From positions 5,766,001-5,830,000 of the forward strand of contig NC_043022.1 of NCBI RefSeq assembly GCF_006345805.1: a stretch of 64,000 nt of DNA, in the 5' to 3' direction. Positions within the stretch are counted from its first letter, which is position 1. The number at the start of each line of letters is the position of its first letter. Both the position numbers and the translations under genes were made by a program. This document shows positions 11,499 to 23,085 of this stretch, one piece after another. The DNA comes from Octopus sinensis. Lineage: Eukaryota. The notes under the pieces are model-generated. The model ran no database searches. It was given only the letters and a program-made list of their open reading frames with translations, and was not told where the DNA came from.

Positions 11499-11795
11499 AT
11501 CATCATCACCATTGTCATTTAACGTTTGCTTTCCATGCTGGCATGGGTTGGACGGTTTGCCTGAGAAATGGCAAGTCAGGAGGCTGCACCAGGCTCCAAT
11601 CTGACTTGGCAAGGTTTCTACAGCTGGATGCCCTTCCCAATGCCAACCACTCTGAGAGTGTAGTGGGTGCTTTTTGTGTGCTACTGGCACAGGAGCCAGT
11701 CAGGGGGTATTGGCATCGGTCATGCTTGAATGGTGCTTTTTGCATGCCACCAGTACAGGTGCCAGTCAGGTGGCAATAACATCAGCCATATACTA
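11499..11795 (-). mobile_element. Family C, tail-to-tail with the preceding copy
   Basis: (CAT)n followed by the reverse complement of the conserved block. Confidence 0.8.
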
Positions 11796-11855
11796 CGATT
11801 TCACTCGGTTCAACAGGTGTGTGTGTGTGTTTGTGTGTGTGCGTGTCTATATATA

Positions 11856-11990
11856 TTAGGTTGTCCCAAAAGTTCATAAACACTTGTGAAAATTGAATTT
11901 TTACTCGCCAAGTACTAACAAAAACAACAAAAATTATTCCTCAAAATAAAGACCATTATTTTCCAAGACTTTCTACGAACTTTTGGGACA

Positions 11991-11996
<6 letters not shown>
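11856..11996. mobile_element. Mariner-type MITE, about 140 bp
   Basis: TIRs AGGTTGTCCCAAAAGTTC / GAACTTTTGGGACAACCT in TA context. Confidence 0.85.
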
Positions 11997-12025
<29 letters not shown>

Positions 12026-12134
12026 CAATTTACTGAACCTTCAGATTTTAATATGCCAGACCACTGGTGTTAAATTGATGTTAATTAAATTAATATCAAA
12101 TTTCTCACCCTCATTTTAAATATATATATATTAT

Positions 12135-12435
12135 ATATATATGTAGTATGTATGTATGTATGTATGTATGTATGTATGTGTGTTGTATGTATGTATGTTT
12201 GTATGTATGTATGTATGTATGTGTGTATGTATGTATGTATATATGTATGTATGTATGTAGTATGTATGTATGTGTATGTATGTAGTATGTATATATGTCT
12301 TATATGTATGTATGTATGTAGTATGTATGTATGTGTGTAGATGTATGTGTTGTGTATGTATGTAGATATGTATGTATGTATGTTGTATGTGTGTGTATGT
12401 ATGCATGTATGTGTGTGTGTATGTATGTATATATG

Positions 12436-12469
<34 letters not shown>

Positions 12470-12515
12470 TGTGTGTGTGTATGTATGTATGTGTATATAT
12501 ATATGTGTGTGTGTG
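12135..12515. repeat. (ATGT)n microsatellite
   Basis: Direct reading. Confidence 0.97.
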
Positions 12516-12519
12516 CGTC

Positions 12520-13010
12520 AGATGGGATTCATTCAGTTTCTGTCTACTAAATCAACTTACAAGACTTTGACTGGTCAAGGGCTTATAGAAGCGGGCTCTT
12601 GTCTGTAGCACCACGCAGTGGGATTGAACCTGAAGTAATGCAGTTAGGAAACAAACTTCTTACCACACAGCCACTTGCACCTATGCATATCATCATCATT
12701 TAACATCCATCTTCCATGCATACATGAGTAGGACGGCTGACAGGATCCAGTCAGGTAGAAAATCTACCCTCGGCTACTGTGTCTGTTTTGGCAGAGATTT
12801 TACGGCTGGATGCTCTTCCTAACATTAACCACTCCGCAGAGTGGACTTAGTGCTTTTTACATGGCACTAGCACAGGTGAGGTTAGTTTTGGCATGATCTT
12901 TACAGCTGGAGGCCCTTCCAAATGCCAACCACTTCACAGTGTGGACTGGATGCTTTTAACGTGGCACCAGCTGTGGTAGGGTAACCAAGTAACTCTCAAG
13001 ACAAGGAACT
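12520..13010 (-). mobile_element. Old SINE A head (12520-12685) plus family C copy (12690-13010)
   Basis: Diverged matches to both families. Confidence 0.7.
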
Positions 13011-13210
13011 ATGAGAAGGGCAGGAGCATTTGAGGAGGGGGACTTGTGTCAGAGGATGAAAGATTAGAGGGTGACAGAGAGACAGAAAACAGAGGGGACA
13101 TTAGAGGGGGGTCATCCAGTATCAGCAATTTGGGTCCATCAGTCCCTGCTAAGCATTTTGCCTGGCGTGCTAACGATTTTACCAGGTCACTGCTTTAATA
13201 TATATATATA

Positions 13211-13490
13211 TATAATATAATATTAACTAGAGACAAAACCACTAATATGCAAATCAAACAAAGAAGACTTAATCCAATACATAAAAAATTTTATATAAAT
13301 TAAATATAATATAATTAATTATATTTAATTATATAAAATTTTTTATGTATTGGATTAAGTCTTTCTTTGTTTGATTTGCATATTAGTGGTTTTGTCTCTA
13401 ATTAATATTATATTATATTTTACTATAAAATTGGATTCCTAAATCTGATTTTTCCCTGTAAATTTGGATTTATTCCCTAATATTTATTAT
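13211..13490. mobile_element. About 200-bp near-perfect palindrome, same family as 10118-10460
   Basis: Arms about 13211-13310 and 13318-13417 (TAGAGACAAAACCACTAATATGCAAATCAAACAAAG...). Shares the 3' flank CTATAAAATTGGATTC...CCCTAATATT. Confidence 0.85.
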
Positions 13491-13524
<34 letters not shown>

Positions 13525-13679
13525 TTAATATATATATATATATATATATTTATGTTTATGTTGTTTATGTTTTCCAGTTTCAGCTCTTGAGCTGTGGCCA
13601 TGTGTGTGTATATACATGTAATATATGCAGCTACACCTATATATGTAAGATTATAAATATAATATATATCTATGTGTGT

Positions 13680-13885
13680 ATGTGTGTGTGTGTGTTTGTT
13701 CCCCCACCATGTACTTGACAACCAATTTTGGTGTATTTACATTCCTGTAACTTAGTGGTTCAGCAAAAGAGACCAATAGAATAAGTACTAGGCTTATAAG
13801 GAATGAGTCCTGGAGTCAATTCACTTGACTAAAAGCAGTGTTCCAGCATGGCCACAATCAAATGACTGAAACTAGTAAATGGATA
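13680..13885 (+). mobile_element. SINE family A, 3' half
   Basis: Diverged tail region. Confidence 0.75.
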
Positions 13886-14160
13886 AATGAATGTGTGTGT
13901 ATAAGCATGTGTGTATATGAATGTATATCTGCATGTGTACGTGTGTGTTTTATTGTTCTTTTTTGTATTTGCTTGTGGTTTTCACTTCTGTGAAAAGCAC
14001 TGAGCTACAAGTTGTGAAAGCCTTCACTGGATCCCACCTTTGAAGATCAGGGAATAAGAGGAAGGGGCACCCACCTGTGAAACAGGGCACTCGGAATAAA
14101 ATATTTGTCTAACCCATGCTAGCAGGGGAAAAAATGATGTTAAACATGAATAAATGAATA

Positions 14161-14318
14161 ACATAGATAGATAGAGAGATAGATAGATAGAGAGAGAGAG
14201 AGATTGACAGAGAGAGAGAGAGGTAGATAGACAGACAGGTAGATAGATAGATAGAAACAGGTAGATAGACAGACAGACAGACAGTCAGATAGACAGATAG
14301 ATAGACAGACAGACAGAC

Positions 14319-14385
<67 letters not shown>

Positions 14386-14402
14386 CAGACAGATAGATAG
14401 AC

Positions 14403-14453
<51 letters not shown>

Positions 14454-14473
14454 TAGACAGACAGACAGATAGA

Positions 14474-14505
<32 letters not shown>

Positions 14506-14514
14506 TAGACAGAC

Positions 14515-14569
<55 letters not shown>

Positions 14570-14632
14570 CAGATAGATTGATAGAGAGAGAGAGAGAGGT
14601 TGATAGATTGATAAATAGATAAATAGACAGAC
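14161..14632. repeat. (GATA)n/(GACA)n microsatellite
   Basis: Direct reading. Confidence 0.97.
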
Positions 14633-14756
14633 AGGTATACAGGTGTATATTTATATAATCCATACATACATATGCACATGCTATAATACTTATATATTAT
14701 ATTATGAATATGTGTGCGTGTGTATATATGTGTGTGTGTATTTATATTATATTATA

Positions 14757-14796
<40 letters not shown>

Positions 14797-14879
14797 TGAG
14801 TGAGACTGTTGCTACACATATTTCCACTAAAATATATTCTTTGATAAAAGCACGTGCATACACACACACACAAAGAAAA

Positions 14880-15519
14880 AAATATGTAGGTGAAGTTTAG
14901 GAACAGCAGTCCTTCGAAGTCCCACAACCCACTTGAAAGAAAAAAAAGAGCCGTGAATTGAAGCCACAGGTAGAGAATGGAAATGTTTTTAGAAATTTTC
15001 TTTTCTTTTTTTTTTTTTTTAAGAATCGTAATTCTGGTTATATGAAACAGAGAAATGCTATAAAGAAGAAAAAACTAAAAATAGACAATGGAAAAAGATA
15101 TAGTTTTCCTTTCCAGTTCCAGTCAGGTATGGGATTTCGTAGGACGGCTATTTTAAAAGCCCGCTAGAATATATTCGCCTAAATAAAGGAATTGTCCCAG
15201 AGACAGCGATCGGCAACAGATGGTATAATGATGGAGAAATAGCGAAATGTAGAAAGTCTACTGTATCTTACCTGTCCACTTGAGAAATAGTATATAAATG
15301 GCTCTCTGTCTAACGGCTGTTGTTTTGCTTTCAGTTTCGTTATCGGGTCGATGTTGAATAAATATATATATTTGTGTGTGTTTGGGGTATAAATGAGATT
15401 GCACAGCGACCGAAGTGAGTGTCCCGGCCTGTCTGATTCACACAGTAAATAAATTGCTGTCAGGTATGTTGGTTGGAGAGGAGAAAAGTTATCGAAAGTT
15501 CCGTAGAAGAGAATTAATT

Positions 15520-15570
<51 letters not shown>

Positions 15571-16900
15571 GCAACATTAGAGAGGGAGAGAAAGGCAGAG
15601 AGATGTGTGTATGTAGGGGGAGTTGTTTCGATAGATAGAAAGTAAGAGAGAGAGAGAGAAAACAGTGTTAGAGAGAAGATGAAAGGCAGAGATATGTGAG
15701 TGGGGGTTGTTTCGATAGATAGAAAGTAAGAGAGAGAGAGAGAGAGAAAGCAGTATTAGAGAGAAGACGAAAGGCAGAGATATGTGAGTGGGGGTTGTTT
15801 CGATAGAGAGAAAGTACGAGAAAGTGGGGGAAGCATTAGATTGAAGGAGGAAGGGAAAGAGATGTGTGTGTGGGCTGTTTCAATAGATAAAAGGTAAGAG
15901 AGAGAGAGAGAGATGGGGAAGCAGTATTAGTGAGGGGAAGAAAGGCAGAGAGATGTATGAGGGCTGTTTCGATGGATAGGAAATAAGAGAGAGAGAGGGG
16001 GAGAGAGAGGTATGAAGCATTAGAGAAAGGGAGAAAGGCAGGACGATATGTGTTCGTTGTTTCGATATATAGAAAGTAAGAGAGAGGGGGAGAAAGGCAG
16101 AGAGATGTATGAGGGCTGTTTCGATAGATAGGAAATAAGAGAGAGAGAGAGAGAGAGAGATGTACGAAGCATTAGAGAAAGGGAGAAAGGCAGAAGGATG
16201 TGTGTTCGTTGTTTCGATATATAGAAAGTAAGAGAGGGGGGGAGAGAGGGGTAGAATGAGGGATTGAAAGCAAAGCAGACGATCGTTCAACAAATGCACG
16301 GTTCGTCATGAACTGTAGTCACCGTTTGCCGCTTGCACCTTCCCTCCGCTCCTTTTCCATTCCACAGACACACATCTTACCGTTTTCTGTGTAGAAGCAG
16401 GCAGCGGCGGCGGCGGTGGCGGTGGCGGTGGCGGGCCCTTTTTACCATTTGTTGAACACAAAGAATTATGAATTAAGGAGAAAGAGAAAGAGAGAAAGAG
16501 AGAGAGAGAGAGAGAGTGTGGTGGTGGTGGAGGGTGGTGGTGTTGGTGGTGAGCTTGGTTGCTTCCAGGTCGTCGTCGTTAAGGCTGACAATTAAAACAT
16601 CCCAGACCCAGACGACGGCGACAAGTGCTCTTCTTCCTGTCACCCTGACTCACGATGATGGAAAAAAAAAAAGAAAAGAAAAGAAAAGGTGAACATGGAT
16701 GGTGCAGGTAAATAAACGAATCAAGGTGTGGAACAAGATGACGGGTCGGGGGAGGGGAGGGAGGGAGTGAGGTAGGGAATGGAACGGGGAGGGGACGTGG
16801 ACGAGGGGCTGGGGTTTTTAAGGAAAGGGGAAGAGAGAGAGAGAGGGGGGGAGTACTAAGCTAAGAAAGGCTGCTTCCATCGGGGGGGGGGGGGTTATTA
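14880..16900. promoter_or_regulatory. Possible gene 5'/regulatory region
   Basis: No SINEs; CpGs retained; several consensus splice signals (plus acceptor at about 15333 and donors at about 15415 and 15472; plus AACATGG...CAG|GTAAAT at 16695-16709; minus-strand donors at about 15270 and 16380). Gene identity and strand unresolved. Confidence 0.35.
15520..16255. repeat. Purine-rich minisatellite, about 60-80-bp units
   Basis: About 9-10 iterations of (GA)n...TTAGAGA...AAAGGCAGAGA...TGTTTCGATAGATAGAAAGTAA. Confidence 0.9.
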
Positions 16901-16929
16901 TCATTAATAACATAACCCTAAAAAAACCA

Positions 16930-17695
16930 CCCATCGCCACCACCATCACCACCAACCACCACTACCATCACCACTACTACCACCACTACCATCACCACCA
17001 ACCACCACACCCATCACCACTACTACCACCACTACCATCACCACTACCATCACCACTACTACCACCACTACCATCACCACCAACCACCACTACCATCACC
17101 ACTACTACCACCGCTGCCAACTCCAGCGACACCTCCACCATCAACATCCCTTAAAGTATCATGATCACCCACCCCACCCCGTCCCTAGCCCCAACACCAC
17201 CACCACCATCATCATCCTCCCTCATCACACGCAATACCATCACTATACCACTTCTAGTACCACTGCTCCTACTGCTACCACCACTACCACCACCACACCC
17301 TTATATTATGCAACCACCTTTATACTACTGCCACTACCAACACAAAGCAAAGGCACTACCACCATGACCAACACATACACAACCACTATGCCATCACAAC
17401 CACCACACACAACCACTACCACCACCACCATCACCACCACCACCACACCCACACATTATGCAACCACCAAACAAAGGCACTACACCAAGACCACCACATA
17501 CACAACCACCACTTCCACCACTATGCCATTGCCACTACCATCACAACCACCACACACAACCACTACCACCACCATCACCACCACCACATACACAACCACC
17601 ACTTCCGCCACTATGCCATTGCCACTACCATCACAACCACCACACACAACCACTACCACCGCATTATACTACCACTCGCGCAACCACCACCTTTG
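16930..17695. repeat. (ACC/ACT/ATC)n low-complexity tract and minisatellite
   Basis: Includes repeated CCACTATGCCAT...CACAACCACCACACACAACCACTACC units. Confidence 0.9.
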
Positions 17696-18179
17696 CCATT
17701 GCTGCGTTAGAAGTCGACCCAACATCAGTTGAAAGAAATAATGAGACAGCGATGAGCAAGATGTGATTATTTTTGAATAACTGACATATTTTTGAGGGAG
17801 AGGGTGGTTTCCTAGGAGACAGGGTGTCGGGGAGGTGAAGGGAGCGGAGGAATAATGACAAAAGTGGGATGTCAAAGGATAGGAGATCCTATTGAGGGTA
17901 ACCCTAGCAGGGCGGTGGGGTTGTGGAGGTTCAGCTTGCTAGCAACTGATGGTAAGGGGTTACGTAGCAAGAAATGCAGAAATATGCAGGGGATGAGGGA
18001 CAGAAAGGGGTGCACGAATTTTCTCTGGGGCTTCACAAAGCAGAGGAATGAATGATTAAGTTGGTATTGTACTGAAGGAATTTGAACCCCACTCCTTAAA
18101 GATATGAACTGATATATTATATATATGTATATATATATATATATATATAATATATATATATATATATACACACATATAT

Positions 18180-18610
18180 CATCATCATCGTTTAACGTCC
18201 GTTCTCCATGCTAGCATGGGTTGGACGGTTCGACCGGGGATCTGGGAAGCCAGAAGGCTGCACCAGGCTCCGGTCTTATCTGGCAATGTTTCTACAGCTG
18301 GATGCCCTTCCTAACGCCAACCACTCCGTGAGTGTAGTGGGTGCTTTTTACATGCCACCAACACGGAAGCCAGTCTATGTATATATATATATATATTCTT
18401 TTATTCTTTAATTGTTTCAGTCATTTGACTGTGGCCATGCTGGAGCACTGCCTTTTAGTCAAACAAATTGACCCCAGGATTTATTCTTTGTAAGCTAAGT
18501 ACTTATCTTATCAAACTGCTAAGTTACAGGGGATGTAAACACACCAATACTGGTTGTCAAGCGATGGTGGGAGGTGGGGACAAACACAGACACACCACAC
18601 AAATACATAC
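18180..18610 (-). mobile_element. Family C copy (18180-18375) and SINE A 3' half (18395-18610)
   Basis: Reverse-complement matches. Confidence 0.8.
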
Positions 18611-18647
18611 ATATATATATAAATAAATCTCAGATGCAGCACGGATT

Positions 18648-18698
18648 TTTGTCAGTGAACAGGTTGCAGTCTTAAAGCGACGAAAATATTTTGACAAA
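18648..18698 (+). ncRNA. Type I hammerhead ribozyme variant with G3:C8 core swap
   Basis: Stem I TTTGTCA/TGACAAA; core GTGAACA plus an extra G; stem II GTTGC/GCGAC; GAAA; palindromic stem III AATATT; UUU triplet. Lies in a TA-flanked element at about 18622-18790. Confidence 0.65.
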
Positions 18699-18899
18699 TT
18701 AAACTTAAATGTTGAAGTGAATCGAACGGCTTTTTGTGTGTTTCTTAAACACCTTCCACGCTGCAATTGTTTTCGTTTCAGCACACGATACTATATATAT
18801 ATATATATATATTATATATATTAATAAATGAAATAAAACATATGCATATATATAAACATATATACGTACCTACCTCTACATGTACATATACACGCATAT

Positions 18900-19072
18900 A
18901 TGTGTACAGGACACCAAAGGGACGTTGAACACAAGAGAAACGAACCATAGACACAAACCCAAGGAACTGGACGTTTTTTTTAAAAACAACAAAAAATGGA
19001 GTACAGGACAATTAACACAAAGAAAAACCCCTTCTTCAGTCGCTATGGTTTCATCTACTCTACGTTTCGAAG
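18900..19072 (-). mobile_element. Short Penelope-like-derived element truncated inside a hammerhead
   Basis: Minus strand begins CCTTC GAAACGT A GAGTAG, the 3' half of a type I hammerhead; 5' half absent. Confidence 0.45.
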
Positions 19073-19094
19073 GATATATATATATACATATTTA

Positions 19095-19260
19095 GGACGG
19101 GCTGCTTTCAGTTTCCATTCCCAAATCTACTCACAAGGCTCTGGTTGGCTCAAGGCTATAGTAGAAGACACTTGCCCAAGGTGCCATGTGGTGAGACTGA
19201 ACCTAGAACCATGTGGTCGGGAAACAAGCTTCTTACCACACAGCCACTCCTGCACCTATA
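19095..19260 (-). mobile_element. SINE family A head
   Basis: Reverse-complement match. Confidence 0.8.
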
Positions 19261-19818
19261 TATATATATATAGTCCATACACAACTAGACTCAACACTAT
19301 CTAAGCATGTTTTTATCTTTCATCTTTCATACTCATATTTTGAATATCCGAACATGTCATGTGGCACTCACTCCCATCTTGTCTTCTGTCACAATATGAT
19401 ATCCTACCCTTCTGATATATTCTCCTTTTGCACTAAGGAGAACAGTAATATGTAATTAATTTAATTATAATTAAATTCATTTCTAATTTTTTCCACGTTT
19501 TTTCACATGTTAATATTACCGTTTGAAATGATCGCATGCATATTCAAATTTTTAAAAACTTTTAACACCTTCTCCATCTTTGATGCTTGTTATATGTCTT
19601 CTATAAATGCTCATAACACACCTCATATACATACATATATATACACATACATATATACATGTATGTTTATATAAATATATATCTACATACATACATAGAT
19701 TTTTTCCCTCTATATAACGGTGATCCTAATAGCTCATTTGTTTGTCTTAATAAAGGTCATTTACATAGTAATTTCCCTTTGTTTAACGGTCATTTTCATA
19801 GCACATTTTGATTGTCTT

Positions 19819-19879
19819 GATAACTGACGAGATGCCAGAGCAGTTTTCCCCACAGACATCTGAAACTCTGAGTTTTATT
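19819..19879 (+). ncRNA. Type I hammerhead ribozyme (canonical core)
   Basis: Stem I GATAA/TTATT; CTGACGA; stem II GATG/CATC with one extra T; GAAA; stem III ACTC-T-GAGT; GUU triplet. Confidence 0.65.
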
Positions 19880-19920
19880 ATGGCAACTGAATAATTGTCA
19901 CATATTATATTTACAGATAA

Positions 19921-20453
19921 ATTCCTCTACAGCTATGGTACGACCACACTTGGAATTCGCATCATCAGTTTGGAACCCCTATCTTGCTCAGAACATTGAC
20001 CTCCTGGAATCTGTCCAGAGACGTGCAACCAAACGCATACCCTCCATCAGACACCTACCATATTCTGAGCGCCTTGTTTCCCTGGGCATGGATTCACTGA
20101 AGCTCCGGCATCTGGCGACGGACTTGGTAAACACCCACAAAGTTATCAACCACCTCACCAACAACAACACTGAACACCTTTTTGATCTCCATGTGTCCAA
20201 CACACGTGGACATGCCTACAAAGTCAGAAAACAACACAGCTCCCATGACTTTCGGAAACATTTTTTCACGCTCAGAGTTGCTGAAGCATGGAACAAACTG
20301 CCTGCGTCAGTTGTTGACTGCCATGACACTGTATCCTTTATGGCCCTCATGCTTTCCGAAATCCGCCGAAACTACACCTGATTATATATACACTTTAGAT
20401 GAGTTGTAGTGCACCTGAGCACTGTACACAATTATTATTATTATTATTATTAT
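19921..20453 (+). mobile_element. CR1/L2-type LINE 3' fragment
   Basis: ORF MVRPHLEFASSVWNPY...LESVQRRATK...TRGH...FFTLRVAEAWNKLP (RT C-terminal region); 3' UTR and (ATT)n tail. Confidence 0.9.
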
Positions 20454-20502
20454 ATAATATCAAGGTTTCACTCATTCTTTTGTTATCATACCATTACTAT
20501 TA

Positions 20503-20548
<46 letters not shown>

Positions 20549-20553
20549 TATAT

Positions 20554-20643
<90 letters not shown>

Positions 20644-20666
20644 AAAGATAGCTTAACTGTCAACCA

Positions 20667-20930
20667 GTGCTTAGTGGTTAGGGTATTCAGCTCATGATTG
20701 TAAGGTTGTGAGTTCAATTCCCAGCTGTGTGTTCTGTGCTTGCACAAGATTCTTTATTTCTTGTTTCCCTCATCCACTCAGCCAGCAAAAATGAGTTGTG
20801 TCTGTATTTCAAAGGGTCAGCCTCATCATTTTCTGTGTCACACTGAATCTCCCTGAGAACTGCATTAAGGGTATACATGTCTGTGGAGTACTCAGCCACT
20901 TGCACATAAATTTCACAAGCTGGCTGTTCC
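20667..20930 (+). mobile_element. SINE with E-type head and B-type body
   Basis: Head similar to 32372-32628; body TTTCAAAGGG...GGAGTACTCAGCCACTTGCAC as in family B. Second copy at 61486-61800. Confidence 0.7.
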
Positions 20931-21145
20931 ATTCTGCTCTGGTGATCTTCTCAGGGTGGAAAACTGCTCTGGCATCTCGTCAGTTATCAAGGCAATCAAA
21001 AAGTGCTATGAAAATGACTGTTAAACAAAGGTTGTCACTTTGTGTGTGTGTGCATGTGTGTGTATGTGTGTGTGTGTGCATACATATATGCTTTTATAAG
21101 TTTGGTGATATGAACAGTAAAATAGAACTCAAAAAGTATATAACT

Positions 21146-21179
<34 letters not shown>

Positions 21180-21722
21180 GTACCAGGCAGTGGCTCTCAT
21201 GGCTTCTGATCTTAACTGATTGGAAGTGTTATCATGTGCATTGTTTTGTCTTGGTATAAAAGATGGGCTACAGCAAATATTCTGCTCAATACCACAGATT
21301 TGCTTGTCAGTTGTTTGACCTTAACCAGCTGACCATGTCCCTTAGTGGCTGACGATATGTGCATCTCTGATCACGAGCAGAAGTAGTGGGGGAGCATCAT
21401 AACCATGTGTTGAGAGGGATTCTTTGGGGTTTGAATAGTTCACCTCTGGAAACATGGGTGGTTCTTTCAACGTCCTTAAACAACCCTTATTCAGGGACCG
21501 TTTGAGCGGGATGGGCTACTCAACCAGAAGAAAATTCTAACTGGGCCCCACCTGCAAGGTCATGTGCTGTTTATCTTGATATGAGATCACCATGTCGCGC
21601 ACATATGGTTGTGATGCATGTGCCTGGTGTACCTTTATCAGACGGGTAGTCATGATGGGTATATTGGGCTTCGTATATTTTACCCCAGTGTCACTTTGAT
21701 GGCATAAACTGCTCTCTCACTC

Positions 21723-21767
<45 letters not shown>
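21180..21767 (+). mobile_element. Probable non-LTR retroelement 3' end inserted in (TAA)n
   Basis: About 540-bp non-coding body bounded by (TAA)n at 21148-21179 and 21723-21767. Family not determined. Confidence 0.5.
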
Positions 21768-21970
21768 CCTTTCTATTATAGGTACAAGGCCTGAAATTTG
21801 TGGGGAGGGGGCTAGTCATTTTAATCAAACCTAGTCTTAATCTATTAACCCCAAAAGTATGAAAGGTAAAGTCAACCCCGGTGGAATTTGAACTCAGAAC
21901 ATAGCAATGGGTGAAATACCACCAAGTATTTTGTCCAGCATGCTAACGATTCTGCCAGCCGATCACCTTA
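21768..21970 (-). mobile_element. SINE family D
   Basis: Reverse complement of the GAGCTGGCAGAATCGTTAGC...GAGTTCAAATTCC head and (ATT)n-tailed end. Confidence 0.75.
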
Positions 21971-22196
21971 TTAATAATAATAGTAATACAGTTAAAATGT
22001 ATCCCTACAGATCTGAACAGATGGATAGAGGAAATAGGTATAAAACCCAGTTTAGTACAGCTCAAGAAAACAGTGTTATTAGGGGACAGCTATGATATTT
22101 AGGAGGGTTCTTGGCATCTGAGGTTACTTGTTGCAACCCGATGTTAGGATCTTTTCTTTTCCAACAGTCTAATCTGTTGTGTGTATATGAATAATA

Positions 22197-22228
<32 letters not shown>

Positions 22229-22639
22229 AATGGTGATGATGATGATAATATATTTATTTTTTATAATATTTTTTTATCATTAATAACAAAGATATGGTTC
22301 TTTCAGTTATTCAAGAAGGAAACCAGATTTTGCTTAAAAACTTAATTACAGACAATGTCATTGAGTCCAGACTATGATAATCTTGCCTATTTCCTGAAGT
22401 ATTTAGCCAGCATTTCAAAATATCGATAAGCCAGTCCCTCATAGCATCAAGGCTGAATAATCTGGCTGAAAATCAATTCAACAAAGACAGCAAAACTCAA
22501 AATGAAGAATCACAAAATCACATTCGTTGATATCGGTTGTTTCAGAAAATTAACTTTGCTATTTCATTGTGATTAGATGCATATCTGCAACTAGAAATCA
22601 AAATCTAACCACTGAATAAATCATTGTGACTTTTCTCTT

Positions 22640-23085
22640 CTTCATAGCAAAGAAATATGTAAAAAGACTGGTCTGTCCACCTTGCGGTGCCAGTGGACAA
22701 AACGGAAAAGATGTTGCCACAAGGAATGGTGAGGGAGATACCTTGCAACAGCCACTTGGACTCATGGAGCTCATACTTGCAGATAACCATCTCTGCCCTG
22801 GTAGCAGTAAGCGGGGATATGGTCTGAGGGCCAATAATTCCAGAGGTTTCCACAGCCACAGGTTCAATGATAAATCTATCAAAGAGCGATCGATACTTTG
22901 ACCGTTTGTCCTTCTCAACTTGACAAACAGCAGAGCCTGGGCTGGTTGCTGAACACACCAGGTTGCCACTGGAGAGGGTGTCTCAACATGAGGAATCCAA
23001 ATTAGGGGCCTGCTACCATGGAATGAGAAGCCTTTTACCATCCCCTTGATCAAACCTCACTGGCTCAAGCTGGGAAGGGAAACAT
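22640..23085 (-). pseudogene. CRE-like non-LTR retrotransposon, RLE endonuclease C-terminus
   Basis: Frame-broken PSQLEPVRFDQGDGKR..LIPW / RPLIW, then KDKRSKYRSL...PVAVETSGIIG...KWLLQGISLTIPCGN. Matches the DGKRPDG...K..KY...P.AVET.G...Q.GN pattern. Confidence 0.7.
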
